Below are positions 47,203 through 57,173 of a DNA stretch of 64,000 bases, one piece after another. Every line of letters begins with the position of its first letter. The stretch's first letter is position 1. Under the pieces are notes generated by a model. The model saw only the letters and a program-made list of their open reading frames with translations. It had not been told where the DNA came from and searched no databases. The stretch spans positions 34,106-98,105 of the forward strand of contig NZ_DATJIY010000160.1 of the NCBI RefSeq assembly GCF_035492835.1, written 5' to 3'. A program made the position numbers and the translations under genes. Source of the DNA: Dinghuibacter sp. Its GTDB lineage: Bacteria; Bacteroidota; Bacteroidia; Chitinophagales; Chitinophagaceae.

Positions 47203-48009
47203 TCAGGACGGCACCTCCGCGGGCGAATATCCAAATCGCTTCTTGAAGGCAAACGAGAAATGCGACAGGTCGACAAAACCCACCTCGAGGTAGACGTCTA
47301 CCGGCTTTTTCTTTTGCTCGCTGATCTGGTAGTGCGCGTATTCGAGCCGTTTTTGCGTCAACCATTTTTGGGGGGTGGTATGGAATATCCTTTTGAAATC
47401 CCGGCTGAAGGTGGACAGGCTGCGACCGGTGAGCGTCGCGAAGCGCCCCAGCGGGAGGTTGAAAATAAAATTCTTTTCCATAAAGGCGGCCAGGTCGATC
47501 TTGCCGGGCTCTTCGAAGTTGGCGAGAATGCCGTCGATGGACGGATCGATCGTCCTCAGCACCTGGATCGCCTCGGTGATTTTCAAGGTAGCGATGGACT
47601 CCGGAAAGGCGTCGGAGAGGTCAAAATAGGGCATCAGCGATGACAGGCAACTCTCCAGCAGCGGATGTTTGCCAAAGCGGAGGATCTCCTGCGCCGCCCA
47701 CGGGGCCCTCACGGGTCGCTGATCGGCGTAAAACGCGCGCAGCCGCGCCGGCGTCAGGTGCATCACCACCGACCGGTGGGGATGCCCATCCCGGACCGTG
47801 CTGATGATCGTGGCGATCTGGTGGCGCGGGATCAGGAATATATCCCCCGGGCCAAAGACATAGCTGCCCTCGCTCCGGACGATCCTGGTTTCCCCGGACA
47901 TGAACCAGACGAGCATATGGTGCTCGAAAATGACCTCCGTCGTATAGCCTGGACCGGTATACACGGACAGCTTTATATCCGGAGTGATGTATGTCGTTTC
48001 GAAGCCCAT
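47203..48009 (-). CDS. AraC family regulator
   Basis: FA.LTGRSLSTFSRDFKR...TPQKWL..KRL...GF.DLSHFSFAFKK.FG.SP. Confidence 0.92.
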   Translation of the reverse strand: MGFETTYITPDIKLSVYTGPGYTTEVIFEHHMLVWFMSGETRIVRSEGSYVFGPGDIFLIPRHQIATIISTVRDGHPHRSVVMHLTPARLRAFYADQRPVRAPWAAQEILRFGKHPLLESCLSSLMPYFDLSDAFPESIATLKITEAIQVLRTIDPSIDGILANFEEPGKIDLAAFMEKNFIFNLPLGRFATLTGRSLSTFSRDFKRIFHTTPQKWLTQKRLEYAHYQISEQKKKPVDVYLEVGFVDLSHFSFAFKKRFGYSPAEVPS

Positions 48010-48015
48010 CGACAG

Positions 48016-48993
48016 CTAATTTACCGGAAATTCCAGACCGGTGACGCTCTCGCTCCACGCCCACAGCCGTTGCGCGCCGGCCGGGTCGAGGCTGTAAGGT
48101 TTGACGCCCCTAAGGGTCGATGGCTCGTCGAAGCGGTAGGCTATGTCGCCTTCGTCCAGCACGGCTACGTCGCCGTCCTCGCAATACACGCCGCCAAGGT
48201 CGTTCAACGCCGGGCTGGTGGCGCACCACACGGTCGTGGCCGCGCCCTGTGGAACGGTTTTCAGCTTTTTCTCCACGTCCGGCAGTATTTTACCATCGGG
48301 GCCGAACTGTCCCATTTGCTGGAACAGCTCGACAGGCGCCTCCCGCGACAGCTCCGTCCCATACACGGCGCCCGGGTGGAGGGCCAGCGCACGGACGCCC
48401 CGCCGGTCGAGCTCGACGGTGAAAAGGTTGTTCGCGGTTTTGGACTGGCCATAGGCCAGCATCATATCGTAGGGCCGCCCGATAAAATTGGGGTCTTCGA
48501 AATCAAAAGGGGCAAATGCGTGCGCAAAAGAAGACACGGTCACCACGCGGGCCGCGCCCGATGCCCGTAAAGCCGGCCATAACCGCGCTGTAAGACGGAA
48601 GTGTCCCAGGTGGTTGGTCGCCAGGTGCGACTCGTTCCCCCGGGCGTCCCGGCGCAATGGCGCAAACATGATGCCCGCGTTGTTGATGAGCAGGTCGAGG
48701 GGTTTGCCTGTAGTAAGAAACGCCGCGGCAAACGCGTCGACCGACGAGGGGTCTATGAGGTCCATCGGGTGCAGGATCGCTTCCGGCGTCTGCGCCCGCG
48801 CCTTGACCATGTCCCTGGCAGGTACCCATACTTCCGCCCCGGCGGCTTTCAATGTCTTTACGGTTTCCAGCCCGATGCCCGCGTACCCGCCGGTGACGAT
48901 GGCGGTTTTGCCCGTCAGGTCTATCCCTTGTATGACCTCAGCGGCCGTCGTACGCCAGTTGTTGCCCGTGCCCAGTGGTTGTTGCTTTGTCAT
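48016..48993 (-). CDS. SDR oxidoreductase (retinol/protochlorophyllide reductase-like)
   Basis: TGGYAGIG, NNAGIM, NHLGHF, YGQSK and QGAATTVW motifs. Confidence 0.92.
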   Translation of the reverse strand: MTKQQPLGTGNNWRTTAAEVIQGIDLTGKTAIVTGGYAGIGLETVKTLKAAGAEVWVPARDMVKARAQTPEAILHPMDLIDPSSVDAFAAAFLTTGKPLDLLINNAGIMFAPLRRDARGNESHLATNHLGHFRLTARLWPALRASGAARVVTVSSFAHAFAPFDFEDPNFIGRPYDMMLAYGQSKTANNLFTVELDRRGVRALALHPGAVYGTELSREAPVELFQQMGQFGPDGKILPDVEKKLKTVPQGAATTVWCATSPALNDLGGVYCEDGDVAVLDEGDIAYRFDEPSTLRGVKPYSLDPAGAQRLWAWSESVTGLEFPVN

Positions 48994-49074
48994 CTTTTTT
49001 TACCAAAGGTAGAGGCCCGCGCCGCCGCCCCGGTTTGTTCAAAACGTCATTTTTGTTTGCTGGCAATGTCAATC

Positions 49075-49088
49075 TTGCACTAGTGCAA
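49075..49088. promoter_or_regulatory. Crp/Fnr-like palindromic site
   Basis: Perfect palindrome TTGCACTAGTGCAA centred 41.5 bp upstream of the ATG at 49123; TAGCTTTG -7 element at 49111-49118. Confidence 0.6.
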
Positions 49089-49122
49089 CTTTCCGTTTTG
49101 CGCACCGGTCTAGCTTTGCATT

Positions 49123-49620
49123 ATGACAAATGTAATCATGAACAATACCAGGCAATCTATCGCGGCCCTGCTGCTGCGCCTCTCCCTGGGCGCGGGTTTT
49201 ATCGCCCATGGCCTCGCCAAGATCACCCGTGGCCCCGCGGGCTTCGAAAAACTGTTGCGCTTCGAAGGCGTACCCTTCGCGCACATAAACGCGTTGGTGG
49301 CGCCCTATGTGGAACTTGCTGGTGGCGGAGCACTTGTGCTGGGTTTGTACGTCACGGTCTCGGCCATCCCATTACTGGCGACCATGCTGGTCGCCACGGT
49401 TTTCGTGCAGGGGCACTATGGTTTCAGCTCGGTAAAAACCATGGGATTGACGCCGGAAGGGCCGGTTTTCGGGCCGCCGGGATGGGAGATAAACCTATTA
49501 TATATGACGGGTTTGCTGGCCCTCATGTTGCTGGGGGAAGGAAAATATTTCAGCCTCCGACGCTTGCGGATTAGGAAAAAGAGTTCTACTTTTATCCAAG
49601 ATCAGACTAGACCAGACTAG
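49123..49620 (+). CDS. DoxX family membrane protein
   Basis: LRLSLGAGFIAHGLAK...ELAGG..L.LGL...PGWEINLLY motif. Confidence 0.9.
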   Translation: MTNVIMNNTRQSIAALLLRLSLGAGFIAHGLAKITRGPAGFEKLLRFEGVPFAHINALVAPYVELAGGGALVLGLYVTVSAIPLLATMLVATVFVQGHYGFSSVKTMGLTPEGPVFGPPGWEINLLYMTGLLALMLLGEGKYFSLRRLRIRKKSSTFIQDQTRPD

Positions 49621-49621
49621 T
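49603..49621 (+). promoter_or_regulatory. PUL 2 operator candidate, copy 1
   Basis: CAGACTAGACCAGACTAGT; matches 57150-57168 at 18/19 positions; flanked by an 11-bp inverted repeat. Confidence 0.65.
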
Positions 49622-49656
49622 TGGATAAAAGCTAAAGAACTCCAAAAACTAACGTC

Positions 49657-52600
49657 ATGCTTGCAAGAACGCTCTTTAGGATGTGCCTCCTCGGCTTTGC
49701 CGTAGGGGGCTTTCTTATGCCGGCCGGTGTCGTAACGGCCCAGGCCCTCAGACAAGTCACGGGCCGGGTTACGGACTCGACGGGCGCTTCCCTGGGTGGG
49801 GTAAGCGTCGGCGTCCGGGGCTCCAAACGCGGGGCGACCACGGATTCGACCGGCTATTTCGTGTTGAACGTTCCTGGTAGCGGGAACGCGGTGCTGACCT
49901 TCTCCATGGTCGGCTTCCGGGACCAATCGGTTCCACTGAACGGACAGACTTCGATCACGGTCGCGCTGTTGGGCGGCCGTAAGGACATGGGCGACGTCGT
50001 CGTCATCGGTTACGGCACCCGGAAAAAGGTGAACCTAACCGGGGCGGTGAGCGAGATCAGCGGGGCGGAGATCGCCAAATCGCCGGTAGCCAATATTTCC
50101 AACACGCTGGGCGGCGCGATGCCCGGGTTGATCGTCAATACGCGCAGCGGCGAACCGGGGGCGGACGACGCCTCGTTCTATATCCGGGGGATCGGCACGC
50201 TGGGGAATACGGCGCCGTTGATCGTGATCGACGGCATCCCGGACCGGCAAGGCGGTTTTAACCGGCTCGACCCCGCCGACATCGAATCGTTCACGGTGCT
50301 CAAGGACGCATCGGGCGCCATTTATGGGGCCCGCGCGGCAAACGGGGTGGTGCTGATCACCACCAAGCGGGGGGTCAATGGGAAGCCTACCCTTTCGTTT
50401 ACGACCAACAGCGCATGGACGCAACCCACGCGCGTGCCTAAAATGCTGGACTCCCACGACTATGCGGAGTCGGTGAACGAATACGACGCCCTGGTCGGGC
50501 AGCAGCCGACGTACACGGCGGACCAGCTCCAGAAGTACGCGGACGGCTCCGATCCGCTGGGTTATCCCAACACCAACTGGTGGAAGACGGTGATGCGGCC
50601 CTGGTCATACCAGAACAACGACGTGATGTCGCTCAGGGGCGGCTCGGATAAAGTGAAATACTACCTGTCTGGCCAATACCTCCGGCAGAACAGCATGTAC
50701 CGGGGCGGGTCGGACTACTACACCAACAAGAACGCCCGCGCGAACGTGGACATCCAGGCGACGCCGTCCTTCCGGCTGGGCCTGGATGCCATGTACCGCA
50801 ATGAATACAAGCTGGGCGAAGGGCCGCAGTACGGCAGCGCCGGCGATATCTTCCAGGAGCTGTGGAGCGCCTATCCCTACCTGGTGCCCAGGTATCCCGA
50901 CGGAAAGGTCGGCGTCGGCATCGGCGGCGGCCCGCAAAACAGCATGGTCTACGTCCTGAACGGCGCCCTGGGCAACACGACGACCAACTACGACTTCCTG
51001 CAAACAAAGACCTCGTTCAACTGGAACTGGGACCGGATCACGCCGGGGCTTCACTTCGACGGCTACTACAGCTACGACCTGTTCTACTACGGGTACAAGG
51101 GTTTTAACGCACAGCCGCCGCCCGCCTACAGCTATAACGAGACCACGCAGACCTACACCGAGGTCCAAAGCTCCATCCCGCCGAACCTGTCGATCACCGA
51201 TAGCAAAACGCAAGACCAGCTGGTCAACTTCAAGCTCGGGTACGACCGGAAATTCGGCAAGAGCACCCTCGAGGCGTTCGCGGCCTACGAAATGTCCCGC
51301 GAAACCTACACGGAACTGGACGCCTATCGAACCGGTTTTTTGAGCAACAGCGTGCAGGACTTGTTCGCGGGCAGCACCATCGGGCAGACGAACAACTCGG
51401 TGACGACCTACACGGCCCGGCAGAACTATATCGGCCGTGTCGCCTACAACTATGACGACCGCTACCTCATCGAGGTCAACATGCGGGAAGACGGATCACC
51501 CAACTTCCCCCAGGGGAAACAATATGGCTTTTTCCCGGAAGTACAGGCGGGATGGCGCGTGTCCAACGAATCGTTTTTCCACTCCGGGGTGATCGATGAG
51601 CTGAAGATACGGGGCAGCATCGGCCAGACGGGTAACGACGCGGTCAACCCGTTCCAGTACATACAGACCTACCAATTACAGGCAGGGCAGCTGTCTCAGT
51701 ACCTGGCAGCGGGTTATTTCTTTGGTACGACACCGACACAGGTCCCGGGTTTTGTGCTCGGACCGACGCCCAACGTGAACATCACCTGGGAAACCGCCAC
51801 GACGACGGATCTGGGCGTGGATATGCGGCTCTTCAAGAACTTTACGATAGACCTCGACGTGTTCCGTAGCATGCGGACGCACATCCTGGTACCCCCGAAC
51901 GAGACCGTGCCCCAGTATACGGGGTTGACGCTGCCGGATGAAAACCTCGGCAAGGTGCTGAACCACGGGCTGGACTTCCAGCTGGGCTGGCGCAAGAGCC
52001 CGAGCCGCGACTTTTCCTATTTCCTCACGGGCAACTTCACGTTCGTGGTCAACAAGGTGGTGTATGAAGCGGAGCCCTCCAGCGTTCCCTCCTACCAGCG
52101 GATGACAGGGCACCCGATCGGGTCGTTCCTCCTCTACCAGTCGATGGGGTTATACCAGGATACGGCCACGGTCAGCCACACGCCCCATCCCCTGGGATCG
52201 GGGCCCGGCGACATCCGTTACAAGGACGTCAACGGCGACGGACAGATCAACGGGCTGGACGAGGTCCGGACCAACCTTTCGGAGACGCCCGAAATCATGT
52301 ACGGGCTCACCTTCGGCGGGAAATACAAGGCCTTTGACGTGACCGTGTTCTTCCAGGGCCAGGCAGCGGCCAAAGCCATGCTACAACCCGGCGGGCTGAA
52401 CATGGCGCAACAGTTCTACGACGGCCGGTGGTTGAAGCCGGGCGACGACAAATATCCCCGCACCTTCAACGGCCCCACGAATGCCACCTACGGATCGAAT
52501 ACCTACGGATCGACCTTCTGGCTGCTGAACGACGGCTTCCTCAGGATGAAGAACGTGGAGATCGGGTACAACTTCCCGCGGGGTGGCGTACTCGCAAAAG

Positions 52601-52764
52601 CAAAGATCGCTTCGGCCCGGTTGTACGTCAGCGGGAACAACCTCTTCTCGATCGACAAATGGGGGCCGTCCTTCGATCCGGAAGCGCCCAGCGGGCCGTC
52701 CACCAACGGCCGGTATTATCCCCAACAGCGGGTGCTGAATGTAGGCTTGAACGTAACCTTTTAA
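49657..52764 (+). CDS. susC: SusC/RagA TonB-dependent transporter
   Basis: VVVIGYGTRKK, KDASGAIYGARAANGVVLITTKRG, PNVNITWET and YYPQQR...GLNVTF. Confidence 0.97.
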   Translation: MLARTLFRMCLLGFAVGGFLMPAGVVTAQALRQVTGRVTDSTGASLGGVSVGVRGSKRGATTDSTGYFVLNVPGSGNAVLTFSMVGFRDQSVPLNGQTSITVALLGGRKDMGDVVVIGYGTRKKVNLTGAVSEISGAEIAKSPVANISNTLGGAMPGLIVNTRSGEPGADDASFYIRGIGTLGNTAPLIVIDGIPDRQGGFNRLDPADIESFTVLKDASGAIYGARAANGVVLITTKRGVNGKPTLSFTTNSAWTQPTRVPKMLDSHDYAESVNEYDALVGQQPTYTADQLQKYADGSDPLGYPNTNWWKTVMRPWSYQNNDVMSLRGGSDKVKYYLSGQYLRQNSMYRGGSDYYTNKNARANVDIQATPSFRLGLDAMYRNEYKLGEGPQYGSAGDIFQELWSAYPYLVPRYPDGKVGVGIGGGPQNSMVYVLNGALGNTTTNYDFLQTKTSFNWNWDRITPGLHFDGYYSYDLFYYGYKGFNAQPPPAYSYNETTQTYTEVQSSIPPNLSITDSKTQDQLVNFKLGYDRKFGKSTLEAFAAYEMSRETYTELDAYRTGFLSNSVQDLFAGSTIGQTNNSVTTYTARQNYIGRVAYNYDDRYLIEVNMREDGSPNFPQGKQYGFFPEVQAGWRVSNESFFHSGVIDELKIRGSIGQTGNDAVNPFQYIQTYQLQAGQLSQYLAAGYFFGTTPTQVPGFVLGPTPNVNITWETATTTDLGVDMRLFKNFTIDLDVFRSMRTHILVPPNETVPQYTGLTLPDENLGKVLNHGLDFQLGWRKSPSRDFSYFLTGNFTFVVNKVVYEAEPSSVPSYQRMTGHPIGSFLLYQSMGLYQDTATVSHTPHPLGSGPGDIRYKDVNGDGQINGLDEVRTNLSETPEIMYGLTFGGKYKAFDVTVFFQGQAAAKAMLQPGGLNMAQQFYDGRWLKPGDDKYPRTFNGPTNATYGSNTYGSTFWLLNDGFLRMKNVEIGYNFPRGGVLAKAKIASARLYVSGNNLFSIDKWGPSFDPEAPSGPSTNGRYYPQQRVLNVGLNVTF

Positions 52765-52774
52765 ACGAAAAATC

Positions 52775-54424
52775 ATGAAGACGATATATAGCTTGCTGGC
52801 CGTGTCGCTGCTGGCGCTCGGCGCCTGTAAAAAGGTCCTGGACATCCAGCCGACGAGCTCTTTTACGACCGACGCGGTCTGGACGAGCCCTTCGCTGGTG
52901 CAGGTCTTTGTCAACGAAATTTATACCGAAGCGGTGCCCGCCTTCAAGGACGGCGGCTTTGGATGGGGCTCGCAGACCGACGAGCTGTTCAGCAATTTCA
53001 ACTGGTGTAACGAAAACCAATACGTCCAGGGACAGGCGACGCCGGACAACCAGGGCAGCTCGTTCCCGCTGAACTACAGCTCCACCCTGAACTGGTGGCC
53101 CACGCTGTACAGCACGATCCAGAAATGCAATACCTATTTCCAGAACATCGGGAGTTTGGACACGGTGGGTAACGGGGCGCTGATCGCCTCGTTGAACGGC
53201 CAGGTGCACTTCCTGCGCGCGTTGTGCTATTTCCAGCTCCTGGAACGTTTCGGGGGCGTGCCGCTGATTACGAAGGTGTATACCACGAACGACACCAGGT
53301 TCAATGAGACCCGGGCCACCTGGGACTCGACGGAGGCGTTTATCCTGTCGGACATCGCCGCCGCGCTGCCGGGCCTGCAGCCCACCCCTCCGTCGGGTCA
53401 GGAAGGAACAGTGACCACCGGGGCCGCGCTGGCCCTGAAGTCCCGGCTCCTGCTCTACGCCGCCAGCCCTTATTTCAACACCGCCAACGACCAAACGAAG
53501 TGGCAGGCGGCCGCCGACGCGGCCCTGGCCGTGATCAACCTGAACCAGTACACGCTCTACGGTAGCTCCACGACCTATGGGAAGATCTTTACGGATTTTT
53601 TCAACACCGAGGTCATCTTCGCCCGGGTCTTCGGGGATGTATTCGAAGACCGTTACAATACCGTGTATCGCGACCTCAGCCCGAACGGGTATAATGGCTA
53701 CAGCGCCTACAACGTGCTCGAGCAGATGGTGGAAGCCTTCCAAATGAACGACGGCTCGGCCTTCAGCTGGAGCAATCCGGCGGAGGCCGCAAATCCTTAC
53801 CAGAACCGGGACCCCCGTTTTTATGCCGATATCCTTTTCAACGGCGCTTCCTTCCAGGGGCGGGCGGCCCAGTTCTGGCTGGGCGGCCTGGATTCGAAGC
53901 TGAGCTCGCTATCCCCCTGGAACGCTTCCAAGACCGGTTATACGATCCTGAAGATGGTCGATTCCACCTATAACTTCAACGTAGAGCCCTACAGCGCGGC
54001 GCAGTGGATCATCTTCCGGTTGTCCGAGATCTACCTCAATTACGCGGAGGCGGAAGCGGAATTGGGACAGACGGGCCCGGCGCTCACCTATCTGAATAAG
54101 ATCCGGGAACGCGCCGGCATGCCGGACGTTAATTCCCCGGGTGGGGACGACCTCGTCCAGAAGATCCGCCAGGAGCGGAGGATAGAGCTTTGTTTTGAGG
54201 GGCACCGGTTCTTCGACCTCCGTCGCTGGGGCATCGCCGACCAGGGCAACGGGGATGCGCTGGGTATCATCATCACGCCCACGAACCCGCAGAATACTAC
54301 CTTTAAATACCAGGTGGATACGGTTCAGACGCGGGTGTGGATGCCGGGCTTTTATTTCTATCCGATACCCCGGTCGGAGATACAGGCCAACCCCAACCTC
54401 ACCCAGAATACAGGATATAACTAG
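52775..54424 (+). CDS. susD: SusD/RagB lipoprotein
   Basis: Lipobox GAC, AALALKSRLLLYAAS, RLSEIYLNYAEA and ERRIELCFEGHRFFDLRRW motifs. Confidence 0.96.
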   Translation: MKTIYSLLAVSLLALGACKKVLDIQPTSSFTTDAVWTSPSLVQVFVNEIYTEAVPAFKDGGFGWGSQTDELFSNFNWCNENQYVQGQATPDNQGSSFPLNYSSTLNWWPTLYSTIQKCNTYFQNIGSLDTVGNGALIASLNGQVHFLRALCYFQLLERFGGVPLITKVYTTNDTRFNETRATWDSTEAFILSDIAAALPGLQPTPPSGQEGTVTTGAALALKSRLLLYAASPYFNTANDQTKWQAAADAALAVINLNQYTLYGSSTTYGKIFTDFFNTEVIFARVFGDVFEDRYNTVYRDLSPNGYNGYSAYNVLEQMVEAFQMNDGSAFSWSNPAEAANPYQNRDPRFYADILFNGASFQGRAAQFWLGGLDSKLSSLSPWNASKTGYTILKMVDSTYNFNVEPYSAAQWIIFRLSEIYLNYAEAEAELGQTGPALTYLNKIRERAGMPDVNSPGGDDLVQKIRQERRIELCFEGHRFFDLRRWGIADQGNGDALGIIITPTNPQNTTFKYQVDTVQTRVWMPGFYFYPIPRSEIQANPNLTQNTGYN

Positions 54425-54473
54425 TCGCGTGGCGGCCGGGCGCAACCCGGAAACTTGGTGTATATTGGAAATT

Positions 54474-55484
54474 ATGAAATCGGTTTTTGGTGAAATAAAG
54501 AAGCTGGCGGCCGTCCCTTCCTTCTCCAAGCACGACCGCCTGGTACAGGGGATCATCAACGCCATTGATGAAAAGGTGCTGGTGACGGACGACCTTTTGC
54601 CTTCGCTCAACGAGATGATCCGGGAGCTGCGGTTTTCGAGAGATACGGTGGTCAAGGGATACCGGGAGCTGATCAACCGCGGGTTGATCGGCTCCACCCG
54701 CGGGCGGGGATATTATGTGACCAACGGGAATACCGGGCAGACCCTGCAGGTGGCGTTGATGATGTACAATATGGACACCTTCGAGGAACAGTTCTACCGG
54801 AATTTCCGGGCGGAGCTGGGGCCCAACGTCCACCTCAACGTTTTTTTCCACCACGGTAACATAGAGGTCTTTGAAACCATCCTGGCCCAGATCAAGGGCA
54901 AGTACGGGATGTATGTGATCGCGCCGATCCCGCACCAGCGGACCCGCGAGCTCCTGGAGACCATCCCCCGGAACCGCTTCCTGATGGTGGACCGGCACGA
55001 ACCGATCGAGGGCGCGTTCAACCATATCACCCAGGAGTTCGCGCATTCTTCCTACCGGATATTCATGGAGCTGGCGCCGGTGATCGGGAAGTTCGACGAG
55101 ATGATCTTCTATCATTCGGCGGATTCGCTCGACCCCAAGGAGATCGTGGGGGCGTTCAAAAAATTCCTGAAGGATGCCAGGATAAAGGGCAGGATACTCC
55201 CCGAGTTCAAACCGGGGACCCTGGAAAAGGGCAAAGTATACTTTACCCTCGACAACTTTGCCGTATTCGCGATGTTGAAGGAGTGTAAACAAAAAAAGCT
55301 GAAACCAGGGAAAGACCTCGGCGTGCTGTCGCATAACGACGAGCCTGCCAAGGAGCTGATCGGGATTACGACCTATTCGGCGGACTTTTCCCTAATGGGG
55401 AAAAAGGCGGGCGAGTTCGTGATGGGCAGGGTGCCGGTGCGCGAAACGATGCCGATGGTGTTGTGGAGAAGGAACACGTTATAG
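54474..55484 (+). CDS. GntR family regulator with sugar-binding C-terminal domain
   Basis: wHTH LPSLNEM...SRDTVVKGY.EL..RGLI....GRGYYV plus periplasmic-binding-protein-like domain; start at 54474. Confidence 0.9.
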   Translation: MKSVFGEIKKLAAVPSFSKHDRLVQGIINAIDEKVLVTDDLLPSLNEMIRELRFSRDTVVKGYRELINRGLIGSTRGRGYYVTNGNTGQTLQVALMMYNMDTFEEQFYRNFRAELGPNVHLNVFFHHGNIEVFETILAQIKGKYGMYVIAPIPHQRTRELLETIPRNRFLMVDRHEPIEGAFNHITQEFAHSSYRIFMELAPVIGKFDEMIFYHSADSLDPKEIVGAFKKFLKDARIKGRILPEFKPGTLEKGKVYFTLDNFAVFAMLKECKQKKLKPGKDLGVLSHNDEPAKELIGITTYSADFSLMGKKAGEFVMGRVPVRETMPMVLWRRNTL

Positions 55485-57086
55485 GTGGGAAATATCGTCA
55501 CGATAGGCAGTTTTCTGCTGTTCACGGGGATCATCGCCTTTGTGGCCTGGCGACAGGCCAGGAAAACAAAAGTGGATACCCTGAGCGGGTTGTTCCTCGC
55601 CGGACGGAGCCTGGGTTTCCTGGTCGTGGGCGGCGGCTTGTTGTTCGCCAACATCAACACGGCGACGATCGTCGGCGAGAACGAGCTGGTTTATACCAAC
55701 GACATGACCGTGATGGCCTGGGGGATGACGTCGGTGCTCGCCATGCTGGTGGTCTCCGAATTCATCATGCCGATCTATCTGCGCACCGGTATCGCCACCA
55801 CCCCGGAGTATCTGGCGCGACGGTACGACCGGTCGACAGGGAAACTGGTGTCGGTGATTTTCCTGGTGAGCTATGTGGTGAACCTTTTGCCCACCGTCCT
55901 CTACAGCGGGGCGGTCGCTTTCAACGGTCTGTTTCACGTGTCCGGCCGTCTGGGGATCGACTATTGGAGCGCGATCTGGATACTCGTCTGGATCATGGGC
56001 GCGACGGGTTGTCTTTACAGCGTGCTGGGCGGCCTCCGCGCGATCGCGGTCTCCGACACGTTGTTGGGCATGGGGATATTTGCCGGTGGGGTGCTGCTGC
56101 CGTTTTTTGCCCTCCGCTATGTGGGGCATGGCGACCTGGCGGCGGGTCTCCACACGGTGCTCGGCAGTCACAAGGAACACCTGAACAGCATCGGCCGGGC
56201 CACGGACCCGATCCCCTTTTCGACCCTGTTCACCGGTATGATCCTGGTCAACCTGTACTATTGGGGGACCGAGCAGTATATCGTACAGCAAGTGCTGGCC
56301 TCCCGCGACCTGAAGACCTGTCAGCAGGGCATCGCGGTGGCCTGTCTGGGGAAGCTGGTGTCGCCCCTGCTGCTAAACATCCCGGGGTTGATCGCGGTAC
56401 ACGTATTCACCCACCTGTCCAACAGCGCGGAGGTGTTCCCTGCCCTGTCGGCGCTGGTGTCGCCCCCCTTTATCACGGGGTACCTGGCGGCGATCATTTT
56501 CGGGGCGGGCCTGAGCACCTTCAACGCGGGGTTGAACAGCAGCAGCACCCTCTTCGTGCTGAACATCTACCGCCCGTGGCGGATCGAGAAGGGACGGAGC
56601 GTGGAGGAGCGGGCCATGGTCCGCGTGGCGAAGCGGTTCGAGCTGGCGGTGTGTTTCCTGGCTATGTCGATCGCGCCTTTCCTGGTACTGGCGCGTCATG
56701 GGTTCTATACTTACGTGCAAACGGTCAACGGGTTTTTCAATGTGCCGATCTTCACGGTGATCCTGGTAGGAATGATGACGAAAAGGGTCCCGCCGCTGGC
56801 GGCAAAATGTGGGTTGTTGTTTTTTATTGTCACCTATGGGCTCACCCAGACGGTTTTCCCGGTGCGGTTGCACTTCCTGCACGTGCTGGCCATCCTGTTT
56901 GCCGTGACGGCGGCGCTTATGCTGGCCATCGGCCGGGTCCGGCCCATGGCCGAGCCCTATCGTCCGGTGATGGATGCCAAGGTGGCGCTTGCGCCCTGGA
57001 AGGACAGGCACGTATACGCTTTCTTGCTGCTGGCGGCGATGGTAGCGGCCTTCACGTTGTTTTCCCGGGCGGGCCTGGCGAAATGA
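55485..57086 (+). CDS. Sodium:solute symporter (SSS) family sugar transporter
   Basis: FLAGRSL, GGLRAIAVSD, YYWGT.QYIVQ and STFNAGLNS motifs; about 13 TM helices. Confidence 0.92.
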   Translation: MGNIVTIGSFLLFTGIIAFVAWRQARKTKVDTLSGLFLAGRSLGFLVVGGGLLFANINTATIVGENELVYTNDMTVMAWGMTSVLAMLVVSEFIMPIYLRTGIATTPEYLARRYDRSTGKLVSVIFLVSYVVNLLPTVLYSGAVAFNGLFHVSGRLGIDYWSAIWILVWIMGATGCLYSVLGGLRAIAVSDTLLGMGIFAGGVLLPFFALRYVGHGDLAAGLHTVLGSHKEHLNSIGRATDPIPFSTLFTGMILVNLYYWGTEQYIVQQVLASRDLKTCQQGIAVACLGKLVSPLLLNIPGLIAVHVFTHLSNSAEVFPALSALVSPPFITGYLAAIIFGAGLSTFNAGLNSSSTLFVLNIYRPWRIEKGRSVEERAMVRVAKRFELAVCFLAMSIAPFLVLARHGFYTYVQTVNGFFNVPIFTVILVGMMTKRVPPLAAKCGLLFFIVTYGLTQTVFPVRLHFLHVLAILFAVTAALMLAIGRVRPMAEPYRPVMDAKVALAPWKDRHVYAFLLLAAMVAAFTLFSRAGLAK

Positions 57087-57149
57087 CCGGCCTCGCCTGA
57101 AGTGCGGGCCTGACGAGATGAACAGACCCCGGGAAATAGTTCTATATTG

Positions 57150-57168
57150 CAGACTAGATCAGACTAGT
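57150..57168 (+). promoter_or_regulatory. PUL 2 operator candidate, copy 2
   Basis: CAGACTAGATCAGACTAGT directly after the -7-like TATATTG (57143-57149) and 5 bp before the ATG at 57174. Confidence 0.65.
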
Positions 57169-57173
57169 ATACT

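Noticed and set aside
49034-49071. TTTG...GTCA direct repeat (22-bp period) upstream of the SDR next to AraC
   Set aside because: A plausible AraC site, but degenerate and ordinary for such loci; not distinctive enough to report
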